From contig MU063611.1 of the NCBI GenBank assembly GCA_013265495.1, positions 806,001 to 870,000 on the forward strand: DNA of 64,000 nucleotides, written 5' to 3'. A model generated the notes under the pieces. It did no database searches. It was given only the letters and a program-made list of their open reading frames with translations, and had not been told where the DNA came from. A program made the position numbers and the translations under genes. This DNA comes from Vicugna vicugna (lineage: Eukaryota). This document shows, piece after piece, positions 13,450-25,874 of this stretch; position 1 is the stretch's first letter; each line of letters begins with the position of its first letter.

Positions 13450-14135
13450 TTAAAAGAATTAAGGAGTCACTTATAACGTGACAGTGATAATATATAAAGA
13501 GTTCCTACAAATCAATAAAGAGATGAACACTCCAATAGAAAAATGGGCAGAGGACACAAAATCAATTAAGAGAAATATAAATGGCCAATAGACATTTTAA
13601 AAATCATTATTAAACATTTAAAAATCAACCTGAATAATAATTGATGTATGCAAATTCAGACAAGGAAATACCACTTTTGCCTATCAGATTGGCAAATGTT
13701 TTCAATGATAAACAGTATTGACATGTTTTAGGAAGCAGTAATAAAACTTGGTTCAACGTTTCTGAAGGTCAACCTGCCAATATGTATAAACATCATTATC
13801 TTTGAATCAACAATTCTACTTCCTGGAATTAGTCCAAAGGAAATACTTATGGATATGGACAAAGATTTAGGTAGAAGAAAGTCCACTCCAGTGATGTTTA
13901 TAAAAGTAAAAATTGTAAATAACCTAGATATCCAATAATAGGAATAGGTTAAATAAATTACGATAAATACATGAAATAGAACACTACGTTGTCACGAGCT
14001 ATGTTGTCATAACACTATCCAGATAAATATGAAAATGTTCAGAAATCTGTTTATATTATACTGTTGAGTGTAAAATAGGGCTATTGAAGTACTATGTGTT
14101 ATATGCACATATATATATGCAAAATATTTACTAAT
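13450..14135 (+). mobile_element. L1ME-type ORF2 end/3' UTR fragment
   Basis: aaagagttcctacaaatcaataa...atagaaaaatgggcagagga...cctatcagattggcaaa...caattctacttcctggaatt. Confidence 0.8.
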
Positions 14136-15084
14136 AAAATGTACCTCAAAATAGTAACCAATACTTGCTTTAATTAATGAGATTGTAATTATTTTTATTA
14201 TCTTCCTTTTATTAGTCAATACTCTCTTAAATCTGTGCACTGAACATGTAAGAATAAGAGCTATTTTTTAAGAGTGAAAAGAAAGAACTTTCTAAGCACT
14301 AACTTCTACTACTCCAACTGTGCTCAATTGTTCTTTCACTCAATCTGGGTTTATTGTACCCTATTTCCTCACTGATGGAACATAAGAGGGAAGCCATAGC
14401 CCTGCCATTTCTACCTGCTGGCTCCACCAAGAGCCCTAGGGAGATGACTTACTGGTAGCTGACCACTAAGTGTGGAAAGCCCTTATCACTCAAGTTGCTA
14501 AACTTAGCATTTCATTTTACCTCACCACTGTTCCAGCAGTACCAACACTCTGTCGTTATTCCTTGGTTAAAACTAAAACTCAAACCACATGGAGACCCCA
14601 TGCCCTTCTCTTCCCTGTCAATGGTCCCCTATCAGAAATATCCTGCCACCAAAAGGCTCATTCATCTAGCCTCACTTCCATCCCAACAAATGCTTAATCT
14701 ACTGGTGACAATTTTTCCGTAACTTTATGCTCCTATTTGCAGGGCAAATCTGTATTACTTCTTACCTGTATCCGTTTGAGGTTCTCAAAGGCATAATGTC
14801 TTTTATTTTCTCCTTTGGTAAATTTCCTTTAAATATCAGAGCTTAATAAATAATTTTTAAGTGTAGAAAATAATTGTTTTGTCATTGAAGGTGATCCTAT
14901 TTCCAAATTAAGACATAATTTTCAACGTCTATTCTTATAATAAAAAAGTGATTAAGGTCATAGAAATCAGTTAAATTGAATATTGTACAAAGTAGATTAG
15001 AGAAATTTAATCATTGCCTTCTGGGATCTTACAATTTCAGGCAAATCACTCACATTTGCATAGTGTGAGTGTACAATTTCATAA

Positions 15085-15360
15085 ACCCATTCAATAAGCA
15101 TTGTTGAGTATGTACTAATGGCCAGGGACACCCCTTCCAACAAAGCCCTGAGGGTACAAATATGTGTAGGTGTAGACACTAGTTGAGGAGCTTGTGAATT
15201 AGTCAAAAGCATAGACATGTAAGTAAGTATTACAATCCAATGAATGGATTATATAATAATGGAATTTTGTTCAGGGTATCTTGTGTCCCCCATAGGGACA
15301 ACTAAAGAGTCACTTAATAGTCACTGAAGGAAAGTTTCTCAAATGAGATGTTACTCCAGC
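15085..15360 (-). mobile_element. L2 fragment
   Basis: ccattcaataagcattgttgagtatgtact...gaggagcttgtgaattagtc...gacatgtaa. Confidence 0.6.
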
Positions 15361-15639
15361 TATTGGTAGGTAATAATAAAGTGTTTCCTAAACCCTGCAA
15401 GACTAGGTTAAACTGAATTCAACATGCTTCTTTGCTGTATAACTCATCAGAGCTTTTAATGTCTTATGTTTATTGTGAACTCCCAAGGATGAATTTCCAA
15501 GGATTTGCATTGTGAATTTCTAAGGACACACTTGCACTTCCCAAGCTTATTTGACTACAAAACCCTTTCTTCAGAGATCATCTTGATCAAGAGTTTTAGA
15601 GTTCACAAAGTGCTTTTCCATGAAGTATGATTTCATGTG

Positions 15640-15780
15640 CCCAAGACTGCAAGCTTCTTGTGAGGAGGAACTGAAGACATCCGTCAGATCAGGAAATGAG
15701 AATGCATCTTACTCATCTTTATACTCCAGAGTCTAGTATAGCATTCAACACAAAAAAGATACTCAATAAATGGTTGCTAT
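15640..15780 (+). mobile_element. L2 3' tail
   Basis: agactgcaagcttcttg...tcttactcatcttt...gatactcaataaatggttg. Confidence 0.65.
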
Positions 15781-15834
15781 ATTTGTGACTTACTGCACCT
15801 TCTCAGCTGAGCCACCACAGCCCAGAGGGAGTAG

Positions 15835-15975
15835 TTCAAGCATGTATTATCTACATTTTACAGAAGAGAAAATACAGCCCAGGGTCATTAAGTTACTCAA
15901 CCAAGATCATAGAGTGAGCTAGTGATACAAACAGGACTGGAAACCAGATTCACTCCAAGTCCAGTGCCCCTTTTC
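15835..15975 (-). mobile_element. MIR fragment
   Basis: cattttacagaagagaaaatacagcccaggg...ccaagatcatagag...ggactggaaaccag. Confidence 0.75.
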
Positions 15976-16684
15976 TTATACTTGTATGATCATACCTTTT
16001 GGATTTTCTGGGTAGTCTTAATTTCAGATACTCTGTTTCAATTTTAAACAAGGCCAAGTAACATCCTGGTTCTTTTGTTTGGGAAATAGCTTCCATAACC
16101 ACAACTTTTAATGTTTTACAGACATAAAAAAATAAATGTCTACCTAATAAATATAATAAGTGAAATCTACATGATATTGAGTATGAGTTATTAAACAAGA
16201 ATGGACTTGAGCTACAGGCTGATTATTCTGGGGGAGGGAACATTTACAATGATGGGAAAGTCCATTTTCAGTTCAGAATCCAGGAAGAAACAGCCACAGC
16301 CTGGCAAAGATGCTGGGAGGTTCCTCCTGCATAGACATCACCCAGAGAGAGAAGATGCCCTTGAGAACTGGATGTGGGTCCCTCAGAGACACCACAGCAC
16401 AAAGCAATGCCAGCCATTCCACAGCTAACAAGCCTGGTAGCCCACCAAGACTGCATGTTGTGAGAGCATATAAACAAAGATGACACCAAAATGGATCAGC
16501 AAATTTTCTGTAGCAAGAGGTCTCCTAAGCAGCACAGACTTCATGGGATAGTGAGAGATGGTCCCCATCAGACCAGCCCTAGTACTGTTTGCTCAGCTGC
16601 ACAAGTTCAGGGTTATTGCCAGCCCTTTAGTGAGCAGGACAGAGGTGGCCATCAGAATGGCCTCTGTTCTGGAGGTAGACACAC

Positions 16685-16870
16685 TCTGAGTCAGAACTTT
16701 GCCTCTGCTGTGATACCTTGCCAAGTGAATTTATCTCTATAAACCTTCATCTATAAAATGGGAATGATAATTTTAGTTTCCTCACAGGATGACTGTGGTT
16801 TATATGAGATAAAAGGATCAAATGCTTACCAGAGGACTTAGAACACGTTGAGTGTTCAATATTTTTATTA
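16685..16870 (+). mobile_element. MIR SINE
   Basis: ctgtgataccttgccaagt...catctataaaatgggaatgataat...cctcacaggatg...gtgttcaata. Confidence 0.8.
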
Positions 16871-17612
16871 TAAAAAGATGTTATTTTAATTAGTAATTCT
16901 ATTATCATAACATATCACATACATAAGGCTATGCAATTATCGCCATTACTGAATGTAGCTCAGTCATCCTCAGTCCTTCTGTCTTCTCCTGAAAGTTCCT
17001 AGTTTAAGACTTTCCCAGGGATTAATAGAGAAATTAAATTAAGGGAACCTTATCTATATATCATAGTCATCACCTAGGGACCCAGAATGGGGAAAACCAT
17101 GGAAGTAGCCTTCTTAAAGAATGCTGTCTCAACAGGGCTCCCTTCTATGTGGGAATCCCCAAACTATGAGTCAGTACTAGTCCAGACGACCAAGCCTTCA
17201 AATAGATCAGAGGCAGCACAGTTGGAATAAAGCAGACAGCATCTCTCTGCTATTCCTCTCAGTCAAGATCATCTTGTTCTTTGAGCACAGTTACAAAACC
17301 AATAAGAGAGTGGGTCATATCTAGGGCTAGGATAACAACACAGGTTTCTTGGCCCACAAGGCTTTGTTTATATTACATGCAGTATTTCTTCATTTTAGTT
17401 TATCTGGATAGAAACCCCTGATAAAATTTTCAAAAGAAGAATGAAGGCAACAGGTTGATAAGCATAGCCTTGATCAGTCAGCATCTAATTCCTGCTGGGA
17501 CTCTTCAGACTAAGCCATGGATTGACTAATAAGCACCCCTTCCTGTCTCATGCAATGGCTCGCATGCATCACAGAGTTATTTGCAAGTTAATATATATTA
17601 AAATCACATATG

Positions 17613-17660
17613 TGACACAACACTGTAAAATGATTATGAATCAATAAAAAATGTAAAAAA
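17613..17660 (+). mobile_element. 48-bp extreme 3' end of a young L1
   Basis: tgacacaacactgtaaaatgattatgaatcaataaaaaatgtaaaaaa between perfect 13-bp TSDs aaaatcacatatg (17600-17612, 17661-17673). Confidence 0.9.
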
Positions 17661-19298
17661 AAAATCACATATGCCCACACACATTACTTCTGTGTGTCAG
17701 GACCTCAAGAGATAATATATCTATCTTCATTTGTGACAGTGTACGCACCCATAGTTCATAAATGGTGATAAATGAATTGTCATGCCATCCCAATGATATA
17801 ATATACTTATCTCCTATTCTTGCCATATTAATACATGTTCATTTCAGCCGCAGTCAAATCTTTAAAATGAGTGATCCAACATCTGCCTCCTATTGGCAAC
17901 CACAAAAGAATGCTAATTTCGCCTCTCAACACCCAGTATAATTTGTTTGGTATGTAAATCAACAGCAGAAGAGAGGAACCAAAAAAGTAATAGTAATTTC
18001 AACTCATAATGCCTCTCTAATATACTAAGATAAATTGAGATGGAAAATGTTTACTTGGTTTCTATTTCAATAAATCCAGGAAGAGATCGCCCTGGGCAGC
18101 TGACCCACCCCCAATTCGTGGCCCACCCCAGTGGGGAGAACTGCTCTGGTAGATGAATGGGCCTGTGAGCTGTTTTTAAACCAGTCTAATTGATGTGTTT
18201 ATCACTTTAGCGTCTGCCTGTATTAAGTGATTATTCATTAATAATTGCCATTCTTGCCTTGCTTTCTACAGCCAACTTTCCATTTTTCAGAGGCTAATGG
18301 TAGTTCATAACGTAACCCTGCCAATAGCTTTTTAAAGAGAATGTAATATCTTTCAGCCACTTCACAGCCCTTCAGCACCTGCACTTGGTGATGGCTGACA
18401 GAAGGAGGTACAGCCTGAGGTGGCTAAACCTTGAGACTGAAAGGAAACTTGAAGGTCGTGGCCTCCACACTGCCCCCCACACTCTCCTCCACCACTCCCT
18501 GATTCCTCGACCCACACTCTCAGCCTCCCTCCCTCACGTCTCCCTTCTATCTCTCAAAGCTTTTCAGTTTGTTTGACTGGTGAAAATGATATTTAGGACT
18601 GAAGAAATAAAACAGCTAAAATGAGGAGTTGCATAAAGAGTAAATCCTATTAACTAGTTCTCACTAAGAAAGATGACAGCATTAAGTTTTTCGAATCATG
18701 CATCATATGCATATAAAAATTTAAAGCACACACCTATGTATAAATATGTTCTATATATATAGGACTTTATACATTGTACATATTTAAAATGATGCCAAAA
18801 GGAGATAAAGATGGTAATAGATATTCTATTTTTTTCTTTTCACAGGCACCCAGCTTGGAAACCACAGACCCAGATAAGTCACTCCCCTTCATGAGCATTT
18901 CCCAGATCCCAAATGGTCCAGTTTACCCCTTTTGGCAGTGTCTTGTCAAGAGACCCTCAGAAGTACTCCTCTTGGTCAGAGTTCTGTGGGCTCAGCATGT
19001 ATTTTGTTTAATCCCTTGTTTACCTAAGGCTTGCATTCAGAGGTTATGTTCTGTTTTTAGTAAGTTTAGGAGTAAAACTTCCTTGGAAAACAAGAGTCAA
19101 ACCTTCTGAAACTATGTACAAGTTAAAAATGAGTATTTTCTCAATCACTTCTCCATTTGTGATGAACAGGTAGTTCTGGGATGCAGCCAGGGCCAACTTG
19201 AGGGCTTCATCAAAAGCAAACAAAGAACAGGTGAGGCTTCTCACAGGGGTGGTCTCAGGGGCAGGCGTCTGCACAATTCTCAGAGAAAAGAACGCTGG

Positions 19299-19454
19299 NN
19301 NNNNNNNNNNNNNNNNNNNNNNNNNNNNNNNNNNNNNNNNNNNNNNNNNNNNNNNNNNNNNNNNNNNNNNNNNNNNNNNNNNNNNNNNNNNNNNNNNNNN
19401 NNNNNNNNNNNNNNNNNNNNNNNNNNNNNNNNNNNNNNNNNNNNNNNNNNNNNN
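19299..19454. other. N-run (156 nt)
   Basis: Undetermined bases. Confidence 1.
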
Positions 19455-20294
19455 AAACCCTTCCCTAGGAAACAACTAACTTGGCTTTTAAAGTGCTAGG
19501 ATACCTTTAGAATGCTTGAGATTTATCTTTGGGATTGAGTGCTTGTGTTGCTATGGGAAATTCTAACTATTTGAGTTGTAGATACCCCAATCAGTGTGCT
19601 GGGGAGCTTGGAAAGACAACAAAGGAGTGAGTTCTGCTTCCCTTCCCCATTCTGTTCTAAGAAAATTCTTGTGCCTAAGAGATAGTAAGTAAATAGCAAT
19701 TACAAACACATCAGACACTGAGCTAAGAGACTACCTGATACAGCCTCTGTCCAGGAGACCAAATAAGTTCAGCCTCAATGTAAATTTAAATTCTGAAATT
19801 GAATTTGATTCACAGTAGGCCCCTACACTTGTGGCTCTTGGCTGGAGGCGGGGTACGTCCCTTGCTATTCAAAGAATCACTGGATCTAGAAAATACTCAG
19901 ATATAATTATATAACCATGAACCTCAGAGTTAAGGTAAAAGGTATACACACACAAAAGAAATTTTTTTAAGTAAATAAGGCCAAAAAGACCCTTATTGTA
20001 ATGTTAGCTCAGAGCGTAGTATACGATACTGCTCTCACTCTTGGACACAGGTGATCGAACAGCTACTGCCGTTCTCATTAACGCCTCTTGGCAGACGTCT
20101 TAACTCATAATGAATTTATTTATTGCCTACATGCATGCATATATCCTTTTCCTGACTTCCTTCTTCCTCATCTTTAAGAATCTTTCCAAGTCTTGACTTT
20201 GTACAATAGCAAAAGTATTTCAAGCAGTCTCTGAAAGTGAAAATTACAAATCTCCACTTGTGGAATTAAATTGATGTTCACAGCATAATCCAAA

Positions 20295-20468
20295 AATCAG
20301 AGAATTTTAGAGCTGGAAAGATTCTGAGGGAGCATTTACACCTGTCTTCATACACAAAAACAACGAAGCCCAGTGGGAATAAGCAGGTTGCCCAAAGTCA
20401 CCCAAGCATTCAGTGGCAGAGCTGGGAGTAAAATCCAGTTCTTCTAGCTCTGCTGTGATGCCTCTTTA
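20295..20468 (-). mobile_element. MIR3/MIRc-like SINE
   Basis: agaattttagagctggaaag...gaagcccag...ttgcccaaagtcacccaagc...gtggcagagctggga. Confidence 0.8.
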
Positions 20469-20929
20469 AAATACTTTAAAGAGTTAGAGACCCTGAGGAA
20501 TGAGAGAAAAAGAAAGATATTTCTTTGCTTTGAATGGGTCAAATGTCTGAGCAGGTCAGAAACTGTTTCCAACATCTAGAGCCTTAGCCCATAATGAGAT
20601 AGACTGCCAGTATTTGCTGGAAAATAGCCTCTTCGCTCACTGGCCAATTAATTTTTTAATGATTTATGATGATTCTCAAAGAAAATGCTTTTCCTGCAAG
20701 GGGAATTAATATGCTGAACTTAAAATATTTGCACTAATTACTAAAGGTCAAAGTGGGATTGTGCAAAGACATTAATCAGAGAGCCCAAGGGAATGGGAAT
20801 ACATTGGACAAATAATGTGAAGCTCTGATCAAAATATTGAGGAGGGTGCACTTTTTTGCTCTGTGATTACAAACTGGAGCAAGGACATCCTTAAATCTAG
20901 ACCACGGGGCTCATGATGACATACAAATA

Positions 20930-21250
20930 ATAATCATAACATCAAAACCCCTCAATGGATCTGAATGCCCTTAAAAAACTTAAAAGTCAGTTTTTAACAT
21001 GACAGATAAGGCTCTTCCTAATCTGATACCACCATGCTCATCACTTTCTACCATTGTTTTCTTCTATCCATCCACACTGCCCTTCTTTCAGTTCTTCAGA
21101 CTTGCCATGCCTCTAGAACTGTCCATTTGTTGTTTTTCCTGACTAGAGTGCTTCCTCTTCTGACAATCCCACCCACCTCCTTTCATCTGGATAAACCTTA
21201 TTCACCCTTTAGATCACATTAGGCGTCATGCTCTATGTAGAAAGGTTGCA
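20930..21250 (+). mobile_element. L2 body fragment (tail resumes at about 21780-21911)
   Basis: cccctcaatgg...ttcttcag...tttttcctgactagagtgcttcc...aaccttattcaccctttagatc. Confidence 0.75.
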
Positions 21251-21254
21251 CTAC

Positions 21255-21740
21255 TCACCCCAACTCTTCACTCTATTGGATTCACACACTTTGTCCTGTG
21301 ACTTTGCAGTTTCTCCCACTCATAGATAAGAGAATATTTTCTACTCCTTAAGTTTTGAGTTTCACCGTGTGACTTTCTTTGGCCAATGGACTGAGGCAGA
21401 AGTAACAATGTGCCAGTTCTGGTCATAGGCCTTACAAGGCCTCACATATTTCCACCGGCCTTCTTTGGTTTTGCTGTAGTTTAAGCATACTTGGACTAGC
21501 CTGCTGATCCCAGAAGGAGGATCAGAGACATGTAGAGCAGAGCCACCGAGGCAAGCTTCATCAACAAAGTCCAGACCAGATCAGCTATTCCCCAGGTGAC
21601 CCATGGACATATAAGCAAGTCCAGAAAAGATCTGCAGAGCTCTTTAGCCTAAGTGAGCCAACCTGAAGATATCTGAGAAATAACAAATGATTGCTGTCTT
21701 AAATCACTAAATTTGGGGGTGGTCTGTTCTACAGCAACTG
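21255..21740 (+). mobile_element. MLT1H-like solo LTR inserted in L2
   Basis: gtgactttgcagtttctcccact...gtgtgactttctttggccaatgg...gcagaagtaacaatgtgccagttc...cactaaatttgggggtggtctgtt. Confidence 0.85.
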
Positions 21741-23214
21741 TATTTTTTCCAACATTGTAGTTATCAAACCTTATTACAATCCCTGGATTAATTTCCTCTT
21801 TCTTGAGGATTGCATATTCCAACACAAATGAAACTATGCCCATATTAATACATTATTTCAAGTTTTAGTACAGTCTGCTAGTACACAATAGATACCCATT
21901 AAATAAGTGGTTGTAGAATGAATTCCTTATCATTGCAAAAGTTTCTCTTCTATTCTTCAGTCTCTTTCTAGCCCTGACTACACTTTTCAAGGACCTCCCA
22001 CAGTAGGTACAGCATTTTAACCTGACAGTCATCTCACAAAGTAAATTATGCTTATTAGATCACATGCTAGACAGAATTATTATGAATACAAGGCCCTATT
22101 TTGCTCATCTATTATTGTTTATCTCCTTGTTGTTTTATAATCTGTATTAAACAGACGGATGAACATATACAAATAAAACATATTCTTACATTTGGCATCA
22201 CATTCTATATTCCTCCAAATTTCTTCAACCTGTATAAATTAAATTCAAAGTCCATCTTTGAATACATCCAAACCTGTTAGGAATTAAGATCCTGTTCTTC
22301 TGTAAATGGTTTTTGGAAACCTGAATACAGTGGTGAAAATTGCACTTAAATAGTCATCAAAGAGCCCATCTCAGGCACCTGTTGCCACATGGTGCTTTGG
22401 AAAAGGGAGAGATGCAGGGAATTTCACAATATTTTGTTAATCCCTTATGCCTTTATATCACTTCCCAAATCCTCACTTGTGGCATTGTCAAGGACTCAAG
22501 TACCATGAACTAAGAGAAAACAGAGCTTTGATTCATTTAGCCCATTTTGTAACTTATTTTTTAATTATTGTGGTAACCATGTTAAGGTACTTAATATCAT
22601 TGAACTGTACACTCATTTAACCCATCTTTGTTGCTATATGATCCCAAAGTCCTTAACCTCTAGGATCTGTAAGATAAAAGAAACTGATTATGTTTGAGAG
22701 GATCACTACTGCTCTCCACAACTGGAGAACTACACTTTCTCATCTATAGTCTCTACTCTGTGGTCTGCCTCTCATACTAGAGGGGTGTGAAAGTAAAGTA
22801 CCCTTTGTATTAGAACATTCCAATCAATTATGAAGGGTAAAAATCTCTTGAGAAAACAAACAGCCCCAGGTGTGAGCTGAAGAGAAAAACCACTAACAGA
22901 TCACCTCATGAGCCAGCTCTCCCATTAAAAGATCAACACATCCTTAACATTTTTCAAAAAGGAAGGCCTCATTCTTTAAAAAGTAGTGTTATGAGGCCTA
23001 GATTCTTACAAAAAAGCCTAATATTTTCTTGGAACATAAATGTAAGTCTAAAGGGGAGTGGAAATTCCATCCCTTGGGAAAACAGCTGCCCCTCTTGAAC
23101 TCATTGAACTGGTTCTTTTAATTCATGACCAATGAGACTACAAAGACATTCGATAGGGAACAAACTTGTCCCATGTGCTCGGGCTCACCACCTTGGACAC
23201 AACTCACCTGTGGG

Positions 23215-23335
23215 CACAGAGTCACCTGCAGAACATGGGGAAGTGGTTCTGACTCTGTTGTTCTGGGCCTGGCATCTCCATTTTAAACAAGCCCCCGACC
23301 TCTGTCAGTCAGATGTAGGTGGTCTGTAGACAATG
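23215..23335. mobile_element. MER5-like hAT-Charlie fragment
   Basis: ggttctgactctg...gggcctggcatctccattttaaacaagccc...gatgtaggtggtctg. Confidence 0.55.
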
Positions 23336-23789
23336 ATTTAAAGATGTCTCCATCCCTTTCATGAAACCAAAACAAACTAGAGGCAAAAGGAATCTTTCTT
23401 CTTCCCCAGGCCCCCGGGGATCTTATGTGGGACCTGGGAACAATAATGACAACTATGTCACAGTGTGAGTGTGAGGACTGCCCAGCCAACTGAAGGTTCT
23501 TCACAAACATGAGCTATTATTAGGATGTGGCCTTTCATGCATGGTTCATTCCTGAGGTATAAACAAGCCACCAACCTTTCCAACCCTATGTGTGAGAAGG
23601 TTAAAAAAAACCTGGACTTAAGATCTATTTTCCCCTCCCTCCTTTGCCTTGTGAATTCCTGCTTTTTAAAGATTCTTTTTAAATAATGTCTTTTCCATGA
23701 GTCTTTTCCTCACATACAGCTGGCCTCCTCTTCTTTCTGAGGCGACCTGAGCAGTCACACTTTCCTCCACCACACCACTTGTTCCTTGG

Positions 23790-23960
23790 CACTGGAATAC
23801 TTTGCTGACTCATCTGTCTCCTCACCGAATTGTGACTATCTTCAGAACAGGGTCCATTATTCTTCTAAATAAATACTTCTGGGTATTGATCTGCGCCTCC
23901 CAGTTACCCAATATAGTGCCTGGTACCCACCCATAGGTGCTCAGTAAATCTTTTGGGAAC
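23790..23960 (+). mobile_element. L2 3' tail
   Basis: tctgtctcctcaccgaattgtga...atagtgcctggtac...ataggtgctcagtaaat. Confidence 0.75.
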
Positions 23961-24112
23961 AGAGAAGAAACAGAAAGGAACACTTAGACTAAGAGCATGA
24001 ATATGAAGATGGGTCTGGCATGCCAAAGGAAAGCAAGTTGAAAAGTCCAAGCAGGGGAGCCAGTCTGTGTCCAGAATGTAAAGAAGGGCACAGACCAATG
24101 TAGGGTCTTGGC

Positions 24113-24380
24113 ATGCAGCTGGAAGGGCGTAGTGGTTAAGGCTGTGGGCTCTGGAGTCAGAAGCCTACCTGAGCTTGGATCTAAGCTTCACCCCTTACCA
24201 GCTGTGTGACCTTAAACAAGTTAGCCACAGATGAGCCTTAGTTTCCTCATGTACAAAAAGGGTATAATAACACTGATACCTTCATAAGATTTATGTGAGG
24301 ATTAAATGAAGTAAGTAATAATACGAACTACATGCCTAGCACATAGCTAAGTGTTTAATAAATATTAACTGTTGTTATGG
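24113..24380 (+). mobile_element. Near full-length MIR
   Basis: gcgtagtggttaaggctgtgggctctggagtcaga...ccagctgtgtgacctt...agtttcctcat...gtgaggattaaatga...tgcctagcacatag. Confidence 0.92.
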
Positions 24381-24404
24381 TTGTTATTACTAACAGTCAA
24401 AATT

Positions 24405-24580
24405 ACAGGCTTTATAGTCAGACTTGAATTGAAATCCATGTTCTAGCTCCTATTAGTTTGTGTGACCTTAGGCAAATTAGTTAAATTTTGTAAACCCCAG
24501 TTTCTTCACCTACCTGATAATACCTGTCAGGAAAATCATAAATAAAAAATGTTAGCAGCATGATGACTGGCACCTATTAA
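24405..24580 (+). mobile_element. Second, tandem MIR
   Basis: agtcagacttgaattgaaatcc...tgtgtgaccttaggcaaatta...cccagtttcttcacct. Confidence 0.8.
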
Positions 24581-25517
24581 AATTTTTTTTCTCCAAAAGG
24601 GTCATTATCATTAAGGCAGGAGAGTTCCCACACAAAGCTCAAATGCAGGATGGGACAGAGTGGAATCCAGACAGATTTGAGCAGTGTTAGGAGGTCAGGC
24701 CAAGGAAATGGTGTGACAGGTCTATTGAAAGAGGCCAGATTGCCTTCTACTCTGCTTAATGCATGTAGATAAGGACCTAGGTGACTGTCATATCCCAAAG
24801 TGAGGCAAGACTTTGGGGATGTGACATCCTCCCCCACACTGCAGGTTGGGCATCCTTTGCATTCCCACAGCTCATTGTGTCTCCTTTATCTTGTCTTCAA
24901 CTTAGAAGTATTTATATGGGTATCAACAACATGTCTCATCTCCCTTGTTGTCCCTACTGCCTGGCATATTTAAGGAACCCAATAATGTTTTTTGAATTGG
25001 TACTGACAATAGAACAGCACTGGTAGATGGCTGGTTGCTCTTGAAAGAGTCTCAATTCCAACACTTGCAGTCTGTAAGCCCTCAATGTATTTGTTAACAT
25101 CCATAGTCACATGTACTGTTTTTTGCTTTAAAAATTGTGGAATTATCTTGCACCAACTACAAAGTAAACTGGTTTAAAGTCCTCAACCTTAGATTGTGTA
25201 AAATTCCTGAGGTCCACAAACCTAAGAGAAAGGTCAAACTGCCTTCCATCCCCCCCTTCCTATCCCAACCCCCTTCTCCCCCAACAAAATTTCTACAAAA
25301 TCTTATTAGTAGTAAGTCAACTATTAAAAATTGTTATTTTTAAAAAATAAAGTTTTATAATCAATTTTCCCAAATAAGATGGGGAAAAAAGCTACATGGT
25401 GTTTCTTAATCATATATACACACACTAAGAAAACTTAGCTCCTAATCTTAGTTAAGTTGATCTCTGTGTTTCAAAAACTCAATTTGCAGCCTGGGAAAGT
25501 GATATTTATTTGAAGGA

Positions 25518-25874
25518 NNNNNNNNNNNNNNNNNNNNNNNNNNNNNNNNNNNNNNNNNNNNNNNNNNNNNNNNNNNNNNNNNNNNNNNNNNNNNNNNNNN
25601 NNNNNNNNNNNNNNNNNNNNNNNNNNNNNNNNNNNNNNNNNNNNNNNNNNNNNNNNNNNNNNNNNNNNNNNNNNAACGTTCTATTGNNNNNNNNNNNNNN
25701 NNNNNNNNNNNNNNNNNNNNNNNNNNNNNNNNNNNNNNNNNNNNNNNNNNNNNNNNNNNNNNNNNNNNNNNNNNNNNNNNNNNNNNNNNNNNNNNNNNNN
25801 NNNNNNNNNNNNNNNNNNNNNNNNNNNNNNNNNNNNNNNNNNNNNNNNNNNNNNNNNNNNNNNNNNNNNNNNNN
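25518..25874. other. Two N-runs (25518-25674, 25687-25874) separated by a 12-nt island
   Basis: Undetermined bases; island aacgttctattg. Confidence 1.
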
